From: Trypanosoma brucei
Lineage: Eukaryota
Direction of reading: 5' to 3'
DNA: 64,000 bases
Assembly: GCA_000002445.1 (NCBI GenBank)
Contig: CH464491.1
Coordinates: 1,568,001-1,632,000, forward strand
Part shown: positions 1 to 10,339 of the stretch, one piece after another
How positions within the stretch are numbered: position 1 is the first letter of the stretch
Layout: every line of letters starts with the position of its first letter
Notes under the pieces: model-generated
Database searches by the model: none
What the model was told of the DNA's origin: nothing
Seen by the model: the letters and a program-made list of their open reading frames with translations, nothing else
Translations under genes and position numbers: made by a program

Positions 1-838
1 GCAGCTCATCACCGTTCACCATTCTTCGCACAAATGGGGCTGTGGTGGCGATGCTGGTTGTTCCATTGTTATTTCCCGATGCTGCTGTTGCTTTGCTGGT
101 GCTAGAGTTGGCTCCTAGCGGTTCTACAGCGCCGGCAATCCGCGCCTTCGCATCGTGGCTGGCCGCAAAAGTTATGTAGGAGGGAACTTTGTGGAAATCA
201 CACTAAATGAAAGGTGGAAAGTGTAAATTACCTCTGCTGGATCGGGATATATATATATATGCGCTGTTGCCTCGTTGCTGTAGTCTTCACAACCCTTTTC
301 ATTCTTTTCTTCATTTTTTTTGCGTTTCACACGGTTGGAAACAGTGAACTTGCACGATGTCCCCAATGTTTAGTTGGTGATGCAATTTGGTGCAGCTGAA
401 CACAGTACAGTGGTATGCACAAGCGCTTTTTGCTGTGTAACCAAGCGTACGACTAGTGTTTTGTGTATTCTACACTTTTACACGAATGTAATGTGGAGGA
501 GGCGAACAGGGAACGTTTTTCTCTTTTTGCATTGTGATTCTTCGTAATTTTCTGCACAATGTTTGATGATTATTTGTTTCATAATTCATTGTTTATTTCC
601 GCAAACTTCTGACATTCCTCCTCCTGATATGGCTTTTCATGCTCTATACACAGCGTCCGCTCCCTGCACAGTTTTTTGCGTTGTTTTTCCTCAATTGTTT
701 TCTTTATTGACCCATCTCAAGGTGTCAGGAGGAGCACTGACCGCGGTGGAAATTCCACACTACAGGAGCTCATAGAGAAGAAGTGCAAATAGATACACTT
801 ACTGTTATTATTTTTGGTAGATAACTTAGCAAGTAATA

Positions 839-863
839 ACACACACACACACACACGCACACA
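839..863. repeat. (CA)n microsatellite
   Basis: acacacacacacacacacgcacaca read directly, intergenic upstream of the first CDS. Confidence 0.9.
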
Positions 864-973
864 AACAAGAGCATATAAATCATTATATATATACATATAA
901 GGTAAATCCTTAACAACGTAAGAGAAAAGAAGAAGAAAAGGTCTAAGCTCATATACCCTTACTCTCTCCAATA

Positions 974-3847
974 ATGCAGCGCTCACCTCAATCATATGAG
1001 AGCTTTCTTGACGACGAGGAACTTGTTAAGCAGCTGATTGAGGCTACCGACGTGGATGAAGTTGTAGAGCGCATGGAAATAGAGCGTTACCATCACATTG
1101 CGCCCTTGCTACGGGAAATGGGACCGTATAATTGTGACTCAAAGAAACAACCAGGCTCTACGTTATCGAACTCTCAGCAACAGCAGTGGAATAGAGACGA
1201 ACCTTTTCACAATAATCCAGATGCGCGAACGAATGAAATGAAAAGAACACGCGATAGAGGTTTGCGTTACACCATGAATACCGCTTCCACCCCACCCCCG
1301 CCCCCACCAGAAACACTCTCCCCCATAGAGGATCCCCTTGAAAGGCCACGTGAGGAGATGAAGCCAACTAGAAGACGTTACACATCACCCGCACCCACGA
1401 AATCGCCATTACTCTCCAGCGAGAGAAAAAGGCAACCACCAACGTATGATGATCAGGACGAAAAACCTATCACCCATAGAATTCGTCGAAGACAAGCATA
1501 TAGTGCGGAAAGGCTGAGACCACCAAAGAGCAACACAAGTCGAGGGAGGCCACTCTCGCCGGCTAACCCCAGAGGCTACGCTGGACAGCAGAGGGCTCGC
1601 TCTTATGATCGGAAACCACCACCCCCATCGTCACGGCGGATTTCCCCACAGGATGAGTGTCCGAACGGGTTGGGGAAGTCACCTTCTAGTTATTCCTACT
1701 TTCGCCCGGCAGCCACCGCAAAGCCAGCATGGAGGGGTGTAAAGAATGCCCAACGTTACATGGATCTGTTTGCACCTCCTGCTGCTAACCCATCCGAAAA
1801 TCGTAGTCCATTGCGTCGGATTAAAGGTGGGTACATTGCGCCCCTTCCACCTCCTGACGGTCAATCAAGAAGAACACTATCGGCGAGGAAGCGTCCTCTT
1901 TCTCCGCCCGTTCCAGGCCGACGCCTAACACCACCAGTGGATCGTTACTTTCCTTTGAGCAGTGGTATTAGCCGGTGGGGCCGTATGGACAACGGCTATG
2001 ATTCAGAACTAACTGACGCATCAGAGGATGTACATCCCTCAGATGATGCACTTCAAGGCTACGCTGGTTACGATAATTATGTTGTTATTCCCCCACGTGT
2101 CGTAGAGAGGGAGCGGTGCGTGAGAAACCGTGTGCCAACTATGTCTCCGGCACGCTCCAGTATTCTTGTGAGCCCATGTAGATGTTTTTCTTCCCCCTGT
2201 GAGAGGAGTGGATCCTCCGATGCACAGAGGATGTGGAGATCACCACAAAGGACCCAACGAGGAACAAGATCACCCCAGGTAAGATTATCACCAGCCGTGG
2301 ATGATTCAAGAGAAAGTGAAAAGAACAAGAGCACGCGAGTGAAGAACGAAGACCTTAGTCGGAAAAATACTTGCGACGCAGGAATATCATTTCCTTCGCC
2401 GCGACAAAGGTTTAAGCCGCCCGACATGGTAACAAAGAAGGGAAATCACCGCGAAACCCAAACCTCTCCGCCACAACCCAGCCACAAGGAGGTCAAGAAT
2501 GCCGCCCTTTCACCACGCACGCTTCCAGACGAGAAGACGCCCCGCCCGGACGGCACGACAGAGCAACCGAGTACCAAATCTCCATCCCTCCCCGCTTCCA
2601 CGCGGGGGTCAAACATATCAGTTTCCTCGTCAGAAGGTGGGGGGAAGGATGAAGTTCCCATTGTGGATATTAGCAAAGAGAACAAGTCGTGTGACAACAG
2701 TCATTCACCTGACAGCGTTACTCATACATACAAAAATGTAGGAAATAAGATCTTGGATCGTAAAACTGCTGTAAGTCCGCGAGTCCACGATAAAGATAAG
2801 CGTGAGAGAAAGGGCAAGCGACAAAAGCGTATAAAACGGCGAAAAAACAATGCCCCTGACTCATCCACTGACCAGAGCAGTACGTCAGACTCAAGTTCAT
2901 CAAGTAACTTTTCCAGCGGTACACCATTTGATGAGTCACGGACAACGGAAAGAAAGCGTCGTCATCGCCGTACTCATCAGAAGTCGGGTGGCGATTCGCA
3001 CCGTCAGCAAAAGGGGAAATCAGCTCTAAGTTCCGACAACTCTCCTCTAAGAGATGATACGGCACACGCACAGGTGCCGAAAGTGTACCCCCCACTTACC
3101 AGCAGTCCTCAGAGAATTAGGAAACCTATTTGCCTACAACAGGATCCAGTTGTGCGACCGCAAGTGCAGTCAGCAAGCCGACCGCCTTTTGCGCAGACGG
3201 TACAGAGGCCTGTGTGCACTCCCGAACCGTTTATCTCATTTTCATCTCCTCCAAAGAGCAAGACGGATGTAAATGGCATTCAGCGCAGTGACAACGCAGG
3301 TCAAGGCGTTCCTTCTGTTAGCATACGAGTTGTGCCACCACCATCTCCAGGCCCACGTCGCGAACCGCCGAGCCCCACTGCCCCGAAAATGGGAGGAGTG
3401 AAGATTCCTTACATGTCGTATCTCCACACTTCGTCACCAACATCTGTAAGAGCTTCACAGTTGGGACCGGCGCAGCCGCAGCAGACCCAGTCAGCAGCAT
3501 CTGCAGCGACCCCCAGAAACGGAACTGGTGAACCCGTGTGGCGGAGCAGTGGTCATGATAGCGTTGGACGGAGTAATACGAGGGAACCTCATTTAAGGAG
3601 GAAGTGGGCTATTTGTGGGCATACACAGATACGTTCCCCACCGAGGGGTGGACGTTGTTCGTCGCAGCCTCCCCATCTACAGGCGCATGAATGGACGGCT
3701 AACGGACAACGAATGACAACAACTCGTCAAATTACTGAGCCGCCCCTCCCGATCACACCACGGCGGTCGGGCGCCACCACTCCTCAAAGACCAAACGGAT
3801 CATGCGTAAAGATAATCTCCAGCCCCTCGAGGGTAGCGCAGCACTGA
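974..3847 (+). CDS. Hypothetical Pro/Ser/Arg-rich low-complexity protein (957 aa)
   Basis: Long uninterrupted + strand ORF with an ATG at 974 and a pyrimidine-rich region with a (CA)n tract upstream. Short ordered acidic N-terminus (MQRSPQSYESFLDDEELVKQLIEATDVDEVVERMEIERY), then ~900 aa rich in P, S, R and T with many SP/RS/RR dipeptides and PPPP runs. No catalytic motif recognised. Confidence 0.5.
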   Translation: MQRSPQSYESFLDDEELVKQLIEATDVDEVVERMEIERYHHIAPLLREMGPYNCDSKKQPGSTLSNSQQQQWNRDEPFHNNPDARTNEMKRTRDRGLRYTMNTASTPPPPPPETLSPIEDPLERPREEMKPTRRRYTSPAPTKSPLLSSERKRQPPTYDDQDEKPITHRIRRRQAYSAERLRPPKSNTSRGRPLSPANPRGYAGQQRARSYDRKPPPPSSRRISPQDECPNGLGKSPSSYSYFRPAATAKPAWRGVKNAQRYMDLFAPPAANPSENRSPLRRIKGGYIAPLPPPDGQSRRTLSARKRPLSPPVPGRRLTPPVDRYFPLSSGISRWGRMDNGYDSELTDASEDVHPSDDALQGYAGYDNYVVIPPRVVERERCVRNRVPTMSPARSSILVSPCRCFSSPCERSGSSDAQRMWRSPQRTQRGTRSPQVRLSPAVDDSRESEKNKSTRVKNEDLSRKNTCDAGISFPSPRQRFKPPDMVTKKGNHRETQTSPPQPSHKEVKNAALSPRTLPDEKTPRPDGTTEQPSTKSPSLPASTRGSNISVSSSEGGGKDEVPIVDISKENKSCDNSHSPDSVTHTYKNVGNKILDRKTAVSPRVHDKDKRERKGKRQKRIKRRKNNAPDSSTDQSSTSDSSSSSNFSSGTPFDESRTTERKRRHRRTHQKSGGDSHRQQKGKSALSSDNSPLRDDTAHAQVPKVYPPLTSSPQRIRKPICLQQDPVVRPQVQSASRPPFAQTVQRPVCTPEPFISFSSPPKSKTDVNGIQRSDNAGQGVPSVSIRVVPPPSPGPRREPPSPTAPKMGGVKIPYMSYLHTSSPTSVRASQLGPAQPQQTQSAASAATPRNGTGEPVWRSSGHDSVGRSNTREPHLRRKWAICGHTQIRSPPRGGRCSSQPPHLQAHEWTANGQRMTTTRQITEPPLPITPRRSGATTPQRPNGSCVKIISSPSRVAQH

Positions 3848-4355
3848 TGGTTGTAGACGAGCGAGTGTGCGCGTGGAGGCAAGGCTTTACACTAAGGGGT
3901 GCTTGCGGTTTTACTATATGGAACTTTCATGCACATTTGCAATATTTTAAGAAAGGCTGCCAAACAGTTTGGTGGTTCTCTTAGTGTTTTGAGATATATA
4001 TTTTACCCCTTAGGTGTGTTAAAACTACTACATAGAGCAACAGTGTGCGAGGTGACGAAACATAAAGTTCTTTTACTTGTTTTTTTTAATTACGAATGCT
4101 TCTTTTTTTTTTTTTTGAGGGGAAGTGTGAACTACTGCGATGCTGTTCTTTATTAGATGCTGAGCGAAACGAAAGGGTACTGGATATAAGCGAAAAGAAA
4201 ATAATGGGCAGTAGAATAGGGAAAGAGATTGTTGGAAGGGAGCGGGAGACAAGTGGAATGGGGTTTGGTAGAGGGAGTGGTAGATGCATCTGCTTCAGTT
4301 AGAAGCGTTTATGTTGTTTTCCTATATTTTTTATGACCGTTTAAAGCATGCGGAC

Positions 4356-4372
4356 ATATATATATATATATA
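4356..4372. repeat. (AT)n microsatellite
   Basis: atatatatatatatata in the intergenic region upstream of RFC1. Confidence 0.9.
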
Positions 4373-4757
4373 AACCCTTTTCTGTCTTTTCTTTTCCGTT
4401 GTTATTAAGCGTGGGAGCACACAAGGAAACGTGGAACAACACTAAATTTAACCAATTTACGCGTTCTGGGCTGCATTACCTTACCGTCACCTTCACTTCT
4501 TTTCTATTTGTCTATGACGCATTTCTCTTGTTTGTGTGTCTTTCTTTTTCCTTCTACTTGGTCTGCTTTCATGGGGGTTGCCGTAAACCTACTGGAACCC
4601 CCTGACAACGGAAATGTTGTATTGAGGTGCTGGATCGTGCAGTGAAGGGGGGTTGGCTATTGGGTGCTAGAGTTCCCCGCACATAAGTACAATATAATTT
4701 TGTGTGCGCGCAGTTACGCACTTTTTTCGTTTGTACAGCTAAGAGAGACCGTTGACG

Positions 4758-6521
4758 ATGATGACCAGCAGTCCGAGTTCCATTGAAGTGCCCCACTCGT
4801 GGGCGGAGAAGTACAAACCAAAAACCATTGCACAGATGTGTTACCCCGTTACCGCAAATAAGTTGAAGCAATGGATGGAAGAATTTGAAGCCAATAGTTC
4901 CAAAATGAGGGGAGCACTACTCTCGGGACCACCTGGTGTTGGTAAGACGACATCTGTTTATGTTGTGGCTTCCGAGCTCGGGCGTGTTGTTGTTGAATAC
5001 AACGCCAGCGACTTCCGCAGCAGAAAATCACTGCGGGAGAACGTTAGCACCGTAGTTAATAACCGCACTTTCAGCAACACTTCCTCGTCCTACGCTAATA
5101 TTGTGCTGCTGATGGACGAAGTGGATGGGTGCGACATTGGCGGCGTCGGAGAAGTTATTCAAATGATCAAGAATACCAACGTGCCAATCATCTGCACGTG
5201 CAACGACCGGTGGCATCCAAAATTGCGCTCACTGCTGAACCACGTGGAAGACATCCGCGCTGGTCGACCCCCGTGTAACATAGTTGCCAACTACCTTTGT
5301 GATAAGGTACTGGCTCGCGAAGGCATCTCTCTTTCTAAACAGCTTCTGCAGGACATCATACAACGATCGGGAAGCGACATCCGCAGCATGCTCAACAATC
5401 TGCAAATGTGGTGCATCAACCAAACATCACTTCAGCAGAAGAAACTTGCGGAGTGCGCACTGCAGTCAGCAAAAGATGGTGATGTTGGCCTATTTGAAGC
5501 CGCCGAGGTATTTCTTCTGCAGGGGTCGTCGCGTGGTAGGCCCCGTTCCATTGAAGAGCTCCAGTCCACGTTCTACAACTCGGACCTTGTGGACATGTTC
5601 GTGCAGGAAAACTACCTTCACTTCAAACCTGAGGACCGTGATTGGATGGATGCAGTTGCCGAGGCAGCGTCTTCAATTTCACTCTCGGATCTAGCGCAAC
5701 GTATTATGTTCTTTGAGAACAACTGGTCCGTATCCCGGTCCCACGTACTTCTCTCCAGTATTATACCGTGTGCCCTAACTCGTGGTCATTACGAAACTTT
5801 TGTAACAGGGCAGCAGGCCATATTTGATCGACAACGTCCTGTGAAGTTTCCTTCATGGCTTGGTCAAAATTCAGCTGCTGGTAAAAACAAAAGGCTGCTT
5901 CGGTGCTTGACATTTCAGGCGATGGGTCACTCGAAGGGTATTAGCGGTACACAAGAGGATGTTCTGCTTGATTACATACCACGTGCCTGGGAGAGCAGAC
6001 TTACCGACCCATTAGCACAACGGGGGAAGGATGCCATTCCGGAAGTAATTGCTTTCATGGATCAGTACCACATCATGCGTGATGACTGGGAATTTATCCA
6101 GTCTGTTGCACACTTTAAGAAAATGCAGTCGGCGTCTCCAAACCCTGCTGCAGGAGATATTCCAGGAGGTATAAAAGCAGCCTTCACGCGAGAGTTCAAC
6201 AAGACACATCGTTTGGAAAGCTTTGCGAAGGGGGCGCTGCAACGGGTTGCCACCGATGGAATAGGGTTTGGAGAGGGGGAAGAAGACAACGAGGAAGAAG
6301 GAAGTGTTGCGGGAGCCTCACGCCCCACTGCGAAGAAAGCTTCCGCGAAAACTGCCGCGAAGCCGAAGAAGGCGGCGAAAAAGGAAGGTAACGAGAATGC
6401 AAAACCGAAGAAAGCGGCGGCCAAGACGGCGAAACCTGCGGGTAGGCGGGGGAGGAAAGCCACTCTTGTCGACTCTGATTCGGAACCGGAGTTTGAGAGC
6501 TACAGTTCCGATGACTATTAG
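4758..6521 (+). CDS. RFC1: Replication factor C large subunit (RFC1-like AAA+ clamp loader), lacking an N-terminal BRCT region
   Basis: Track ORF starts at a TTG (4752); first ATG is at 4758. RFC box II-like WAEKYKPKT, Walker A LLSGPPGVGKTT, Walker B LLMDEVDG, and the RFC1-diagnostic block PIICTCNDRWHPKLRSL...DIRSMLNNLQMW (compare human RFC1 PIICMCNDRNHPKIRSL...DIRQVLHNLSMW). C-terminal KA-rich basic tail (AKKASAKTAAKPKKAAKKEG...KPKKAAAKTAKPAGRRGRKA) and acidic end DSDSEPEFESYSSDDY. Confidence 0.85.
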   Translation: MMTSSPSSIEVPHSWAEKYKPKTIAQMCYPVTANKLKQWMEEFEANSSKMRGALLSGPPGVGKTTSVYVVASELGRVVVEYNASDFRSRKSLRENVSTVVNNRTFSNTSSSYANIVLLMDEVDGCDIGGVGEVIQMIKNTNVPIICTCNDRWHPKLRSLLNHVEDIRAGRPPCNIVANYLCDKVLAREGISLSKQLLQDIIQRSGSDIRSMLNNLQMWCINQTSLQQKKLAECALQSAKDGDVGLFEAAEVFLLQGSSRGRPRSIEELQSTFYNSDLVDMFVQENYLHFKPEDRDWMDAVAEAASSISLSDLAQRIMFFENNWSVSRSHVLLSSIIPCALTRGHYETFVTGQQAIFDRQRPVKFPSWLGQNSAAGKNKRLLRCLTFQAMGHSKGISGTQEDVLLDYIPRAWESRLTDPLAQRGKDAIPEVIAFMDQYHIMRDDWEFIQSVAHFKKMQSASPNPAAGDIPGGIKAAFTREFNKTHRLESFAKGALQRVATDGIGFGEGEEDNEEEGSVAGASRPTAKKASAKTAAKPKKAAKKEGNENAKPKKAAAKTAKPAGRRGRKATLVDSDSEPEFESYSSDDY

Positions 6522-7324
6522 AGGTAACAAACCGTTCAAGTATGCACATGAACACAAACACGTTAACGCCTCATGTGACCGTGTATGCGATTTATTGAAC
6601 GTGTGAATGGAGGTGCCAAAAGGGGGGAGGTGAAATCTAGGAATCATACAAGGGAATACATGTTATTGTCCTGCAGAAAATTGCTTTTCTGCTCAGCACC
6701 CGACATATTGGTATGAATGCTCACATATACAATGAGCGGTTGGGAGGAGCAGTCAAGCAGTGATGTGGAAGGGGAATGGGAGGAAGGAAATAGTGACGTG
6801 GCGAGAGTACATTTATAAAAATAAAGGAAGCACAATAGGGTAACATGCTAGAACTTAAAAGATGCGCGAAAATACTTGGTGCACCCGTTCGCTACTCTCC
6901 AATCCACTGTCCCCCCGCAGCCGCGCACCTTCTATATTCTACGGGGCAGGGAAAATAGCCTTTTCTTTAATTTTTGTGAACCCCCACAACATGCTCGAAA
7001 CCTGAGGTCACCTGCTTTACTTTTATAAAAAAGTTGAAAATTTACTCTTTGTAAACGCTATTCATCTGTCGTTTACTCATTCCTCCCATTCGCAGCGACG
7101 TTGTACTATTCTTTGGGTGTATGTAGTGTCCTGCCTCTAACCTCAACCGTTTAGGTTTCTCTTATTTTCTTTTCTCTGCTTCAATAATCTCCTAGTTGTG
7201 AGCGCTTCGGTTGTGTTAGGCTACTAACGCAGTTGGCTCTCACACTGATCAAGGTGCGACAACTGCACTCTTGTACCTACATCGCATTTACACAAATACA
7301 TTGGTGTGAGACGCGTGTGATTCA

Positions 7325-8551
7325 ATGATGACGCAAAACGTGAAACAGGTGCAAGTAGGAAAGCATTCTTTTCCATTGTATTCTCACCCTGCCATCCGTG
7401 AAACTGCCGGAACCGAGGCGTACGTTGAACGCGTTGTTCAAAAACATCAGAACAGCCCACGAGTACGAAACTCCGTTAATTACGTGGCGCGAAAGCTCCG
7501 ACAAATCGGAGCAATGAAAACCCTGAACCCCGAAGAACATCAGGTTGGTGAAGAAACATCGTGCGCGAAGTCCGCGCGCACCGACAGAAAACACAGTTAC
7601 TCACCCTCTCCATTTGAGGGGAGGATACCAGCGGCATTAAAAAGCGCAAAGAGGAACAGCGAAGTTTGTAAAACGCCCATGGGTAAATTACAAGCTCCCT
7701 GCTCTCCAACCGTATGTGGGTACCCGTTACCGTACCCCAGGTCGTTATCGCACAATCTTTTCAATGTCATTCAAGATACGAGGAGAAAGGGGAAAACAAA
7801 CACCGAACAAAGTGAATTGAAGAACGAGGGTGATCCTCTCACCTTGTCGCCCATTGTTCCAAAGGTTGATACTTCACCTGCTACGGAAAGCAAAGGACGT
7901 AGACGTGAGGAAAAACCTCTGGCACATGAGGGACAACTGCTCAAACATAAACTTGATGTGTGGAGAGATCTGTTTCTTGCCTCTGCTGCGCAGCAATTGG
8001 CTGCAAGCGGCCACCCCCGCTCGCGGCGTGACGATGCAGGAAATGTTTTTTATTCTAACATTTCGTGTTATCTTAAGGAGGGATGTATTGTGAAATCAGA
8101 AGACACGGACCTGCGTACTGGGCCGAGGGATCACCTTAGGGTTCAAGGTGCCTATTTGTCACACTTAGCACCCGAGGCGTTTGCCAATTTGCACGTCACG
8201 CTGGACGGTAATACTTTTGTTCTTCGTAATGTACAACGGACATCGCCTACTATAAAGCAAATATCAGAGGAACTGTGCGAGGAAAGGGGAATTAGATTGT
8301 TGCCAACCGCAATGCAAAAGAAGGTGGCGTACCTGGTTTCACAGGTGAGCACCTCGACGAAAGAGAGGGCGGGCACCATCAGTGGCAAAAAAGGGTTGGC
8401 AACCTCCAAATGGAAGCATACAAATTCTCTACAAACATGTAAACATTCTTTGAACATGGAGCTACCGGAAGTAACGTACCGCAGTCGCGTGCTCTCGACC
8501 ATACGTGAGGGTGCATACGGGTCACCGTTTCAAAAAGGCTGCAAGATGTGA
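7325..8551 (+). CDS. Hypothetical protein (408 aa), no recognised domain
   Basis: ATG at 7325 (MMTQNVKQ) in a continuous + strand ORF inside the gene array. Basic, Ser/Thr-rich. I could not match any motif to a named family. Confidence 0.45.
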   Translation: MMTQNVKQVQVGKHSFPLYSHPAIRETAGTEAYVERVVQKHQNSPRVRNSVNYVARKLRQIGAMKTLNPEEHQVGEETSCAKSARTDRKHSYSPSPFEGRIPAALKSAKRNSEVCKTPMGKLQAPCSPTVCGYPLPYPRSLSHNLFNVIQDTRRKGKTNTEQSELKNEGDPLTLSPIVPKVDTSPATESKGRRREEKPLAHEGQLLKHKLDVWRDLFLASAAQQLAASGHPRSRRDDAGNVFYSNISCYLKEGCIVKSEDTDLRTGPRDHLRVQGAYLSHLAPEAFANLHVTLDGNTFVLRNVQRTSPTIKQISEELCEERGIRLLPTAMQKKVAYLVSQVSTSTKERAGTISGKKGLATSKWKHTNSLQTCKHSLNMELPEVTYRSRVLSTIREGAYGSPFQKGCKM

Positions 8552-8822
8552 ATATCGCTTTATTTTGTTGTTGCGGCGTAATCTAATTGCCCTTTGTGTA
8601 CACAACTGGAAGAAAATGGAACAGTGTATCGCCAAACTTACTCTTTCCTCATTATTTTATTTACATCTATTTCTGCCCAAGTGTGCGGGTACTTCATTTT
8701 CCATCAGAGGGTTGATGCCCCACCAACTGATTTTCCCCTTTATGATTCTGCTTTGATAACTGTACAAGGAGGAGGACGAAATTCAGACACGAAACAAGTG
8801 GTCTCAGCTTCATCGGTTGCTA

Positions 8823-9938
8823 ATGAACAAATCCGCAAAAAAGAAGGGTCTCTCCATGGAAGAAAAGGTGTCGCGTATTGAAACTTGGTTTGTTAACAAT
8901 CCGTCGCCTTACACGTTGAAAGATTTAATTCAAATTCTACCCAAGGCGACGGGCGTGATCCCACAGTCCGTGGAAGAGTGCATGGAAATCCTTGTCTCGG
9001 AAAATCGTGTGCGGCAGAAGAAAGTGGGTGTTCATGTTCTTTTTTGGCGTTTTCCCCAAACTGCTACCCAACGGTTGGCCGGCTCTATGGGAGAGAAAAC
9101 AACAACCACAGAATTAGCCAAATACCTTAGTATGTCAGAAGATGAGCTTCGGACGGAACTTCAAACTTTGAAGAAGACAGAGAAAGATATTCGTCAGCGG
9201 ATAAAAGAGACTCAGGCATCCATTGGGGATGACAACGCTGTTCAAAAGGATGCAGAGCAAATACGAAGTCTTCAGGGTGAAGTCAAGATACTGGAAGAGC
9301 AACTCAATCAACTTGCCCTGTTGGATCCAGCATTCGTTGAAAAACTGAAGGCCGCAACAGTGGTAGCGTGGGAATCTGCCAACCGCTGGACAGACAACAT
9401 GTACTTACTTGAGCAGCATATCTCACGGAAGATGGGGATGAGTGCACGGGAGCTGCGTGCTCAGCTGCAGCTTCCTCTAGAGGTGGAATACATTGAGTAT
9501 GATGAGCTTCTGCCGTCAGCAACGAGTGGGGGTAAATCAGCATGTACATCTTCAGGAAATTCTTGTGCGTCACCTCTAATCTGCACCGTCGATGCCACTC
9601 ACGGGGGAGGCAACAGTCAAGAAGTACCGGCAGCATTCCACATTGAGGAAGGCCACACCCAAAATATCAATGAGGAAGCGGGGGAAGCATTAACTGAAGG
9701 TGGATGTGATGTGAAACCTCATGAAGACGTTGAGAATGAAACCTCTAACACCTTAAGGAAGGAGAGGGATGGAAAGAAGCGTGGCAGGGGGAGACCTCCA
9801 CTGGAGAATGCTAAGAAAGATGACAATATGGTTAATGCTCCCTCAGTTAAAAAGAAAAAGAATGAAAAGGACAGACCACCTGCTGCGAGTAATACTGATG
9901 CACTCACGCCGGCCAGACAACGGCGTTGCCGAAGGTAA
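8823..9938 (+). CDS. MND1: Meiotic nuclear division protein 1 (Mnd1) homolog with a ~140 aa C-terminal extension containing an AT-hook-like motif
   Basis: Track start 8817 is TTG; first ATG is at 8823 (MNKSAKKKGLSMEEK). N-terminus KKKGLSMEEK...YTLKDL...GV..QSVEE..E.LV matches the Mnd1 winged-helix N-terminus (human MSKKKGLSAEEKRTRMMEIF..FQLKDLEKIAPKEKGIT). Central coiled coil. Conserved block AWESANRWTDNMYLL matches Mnd1 AKEAANRWTDNIFAI. The extension carries KKRGRGRPP (nt 9774-9800) and a KKKK basic patch. Confidence 0.75.
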   Translation: MNKSAKKKGLSMEEKVSRIETWFVNNPSPYTLKDLIQILPKATGVIPQSVEECMEILVSENRVRQKKVGVHVLFWRFPQTATQRLAGSMGEKTTTTELAKYLSMSEDELRTELQTLKKTEKDIRQRIKETQASIGDDNAVQKDAEQIRSLQGEVKILEEQLNQLALLDPAFVEKLKAATVVAWESANRWTDNMYLLEQHISRKMGMSARELRAQLQLPLEVEYIEYDELLPSATSGGKSACTSSGNSCASPLICTVDATHGGGNSQEVPAAFHIEEGHTQNINEEAGEALTEGGCDVKPHEDVENETSNTLRKERDGKKRGRGRPPLENAKKDDNMVNAPSVKKKKNEKDRPPAASNTDALTPARQRRCRR

Positions 9939-10293
9939 CCAAACTCGTTAGTCCAAGAAATAGCGTGCTGCTTTGAATCCCTTTTCTAACAGAACAAGCA
10001 CAGAATACCTTTCCTTGAACGGCAGACAGACTTAAACAGTCATTGCCGCAATTTTTAAATATATCATATTCGGCTTGCGTTCACAGACTTGTGTTACACA
10101 TTTTATGTTGCTATTATTATTATTTTTTTTTGGAGGGGAAGGGGAGCCCAACTCTTGAAGAAGGGTCGTTCGCATGCAACAAGAAATGTTATCAAAGAGC
10201 ATATTGTTACTTTTCAACGTTTTATTGTAACGAGTAAATACCTCTCCAAATCCTCCACGTTTCTTTTATTTGAGGAGAGCGAGCGTGTCGAAT

Positions 10294-10339
<46 letters not shown>
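10294..10339. repeat. Compound microsatellite (TC)11(TA)12
   Basis: tctctctctctctctctctctc directly abutting tatatatatatatatatatatata, in the MND1-LC1 intergenic region. Confidence 0.95.
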
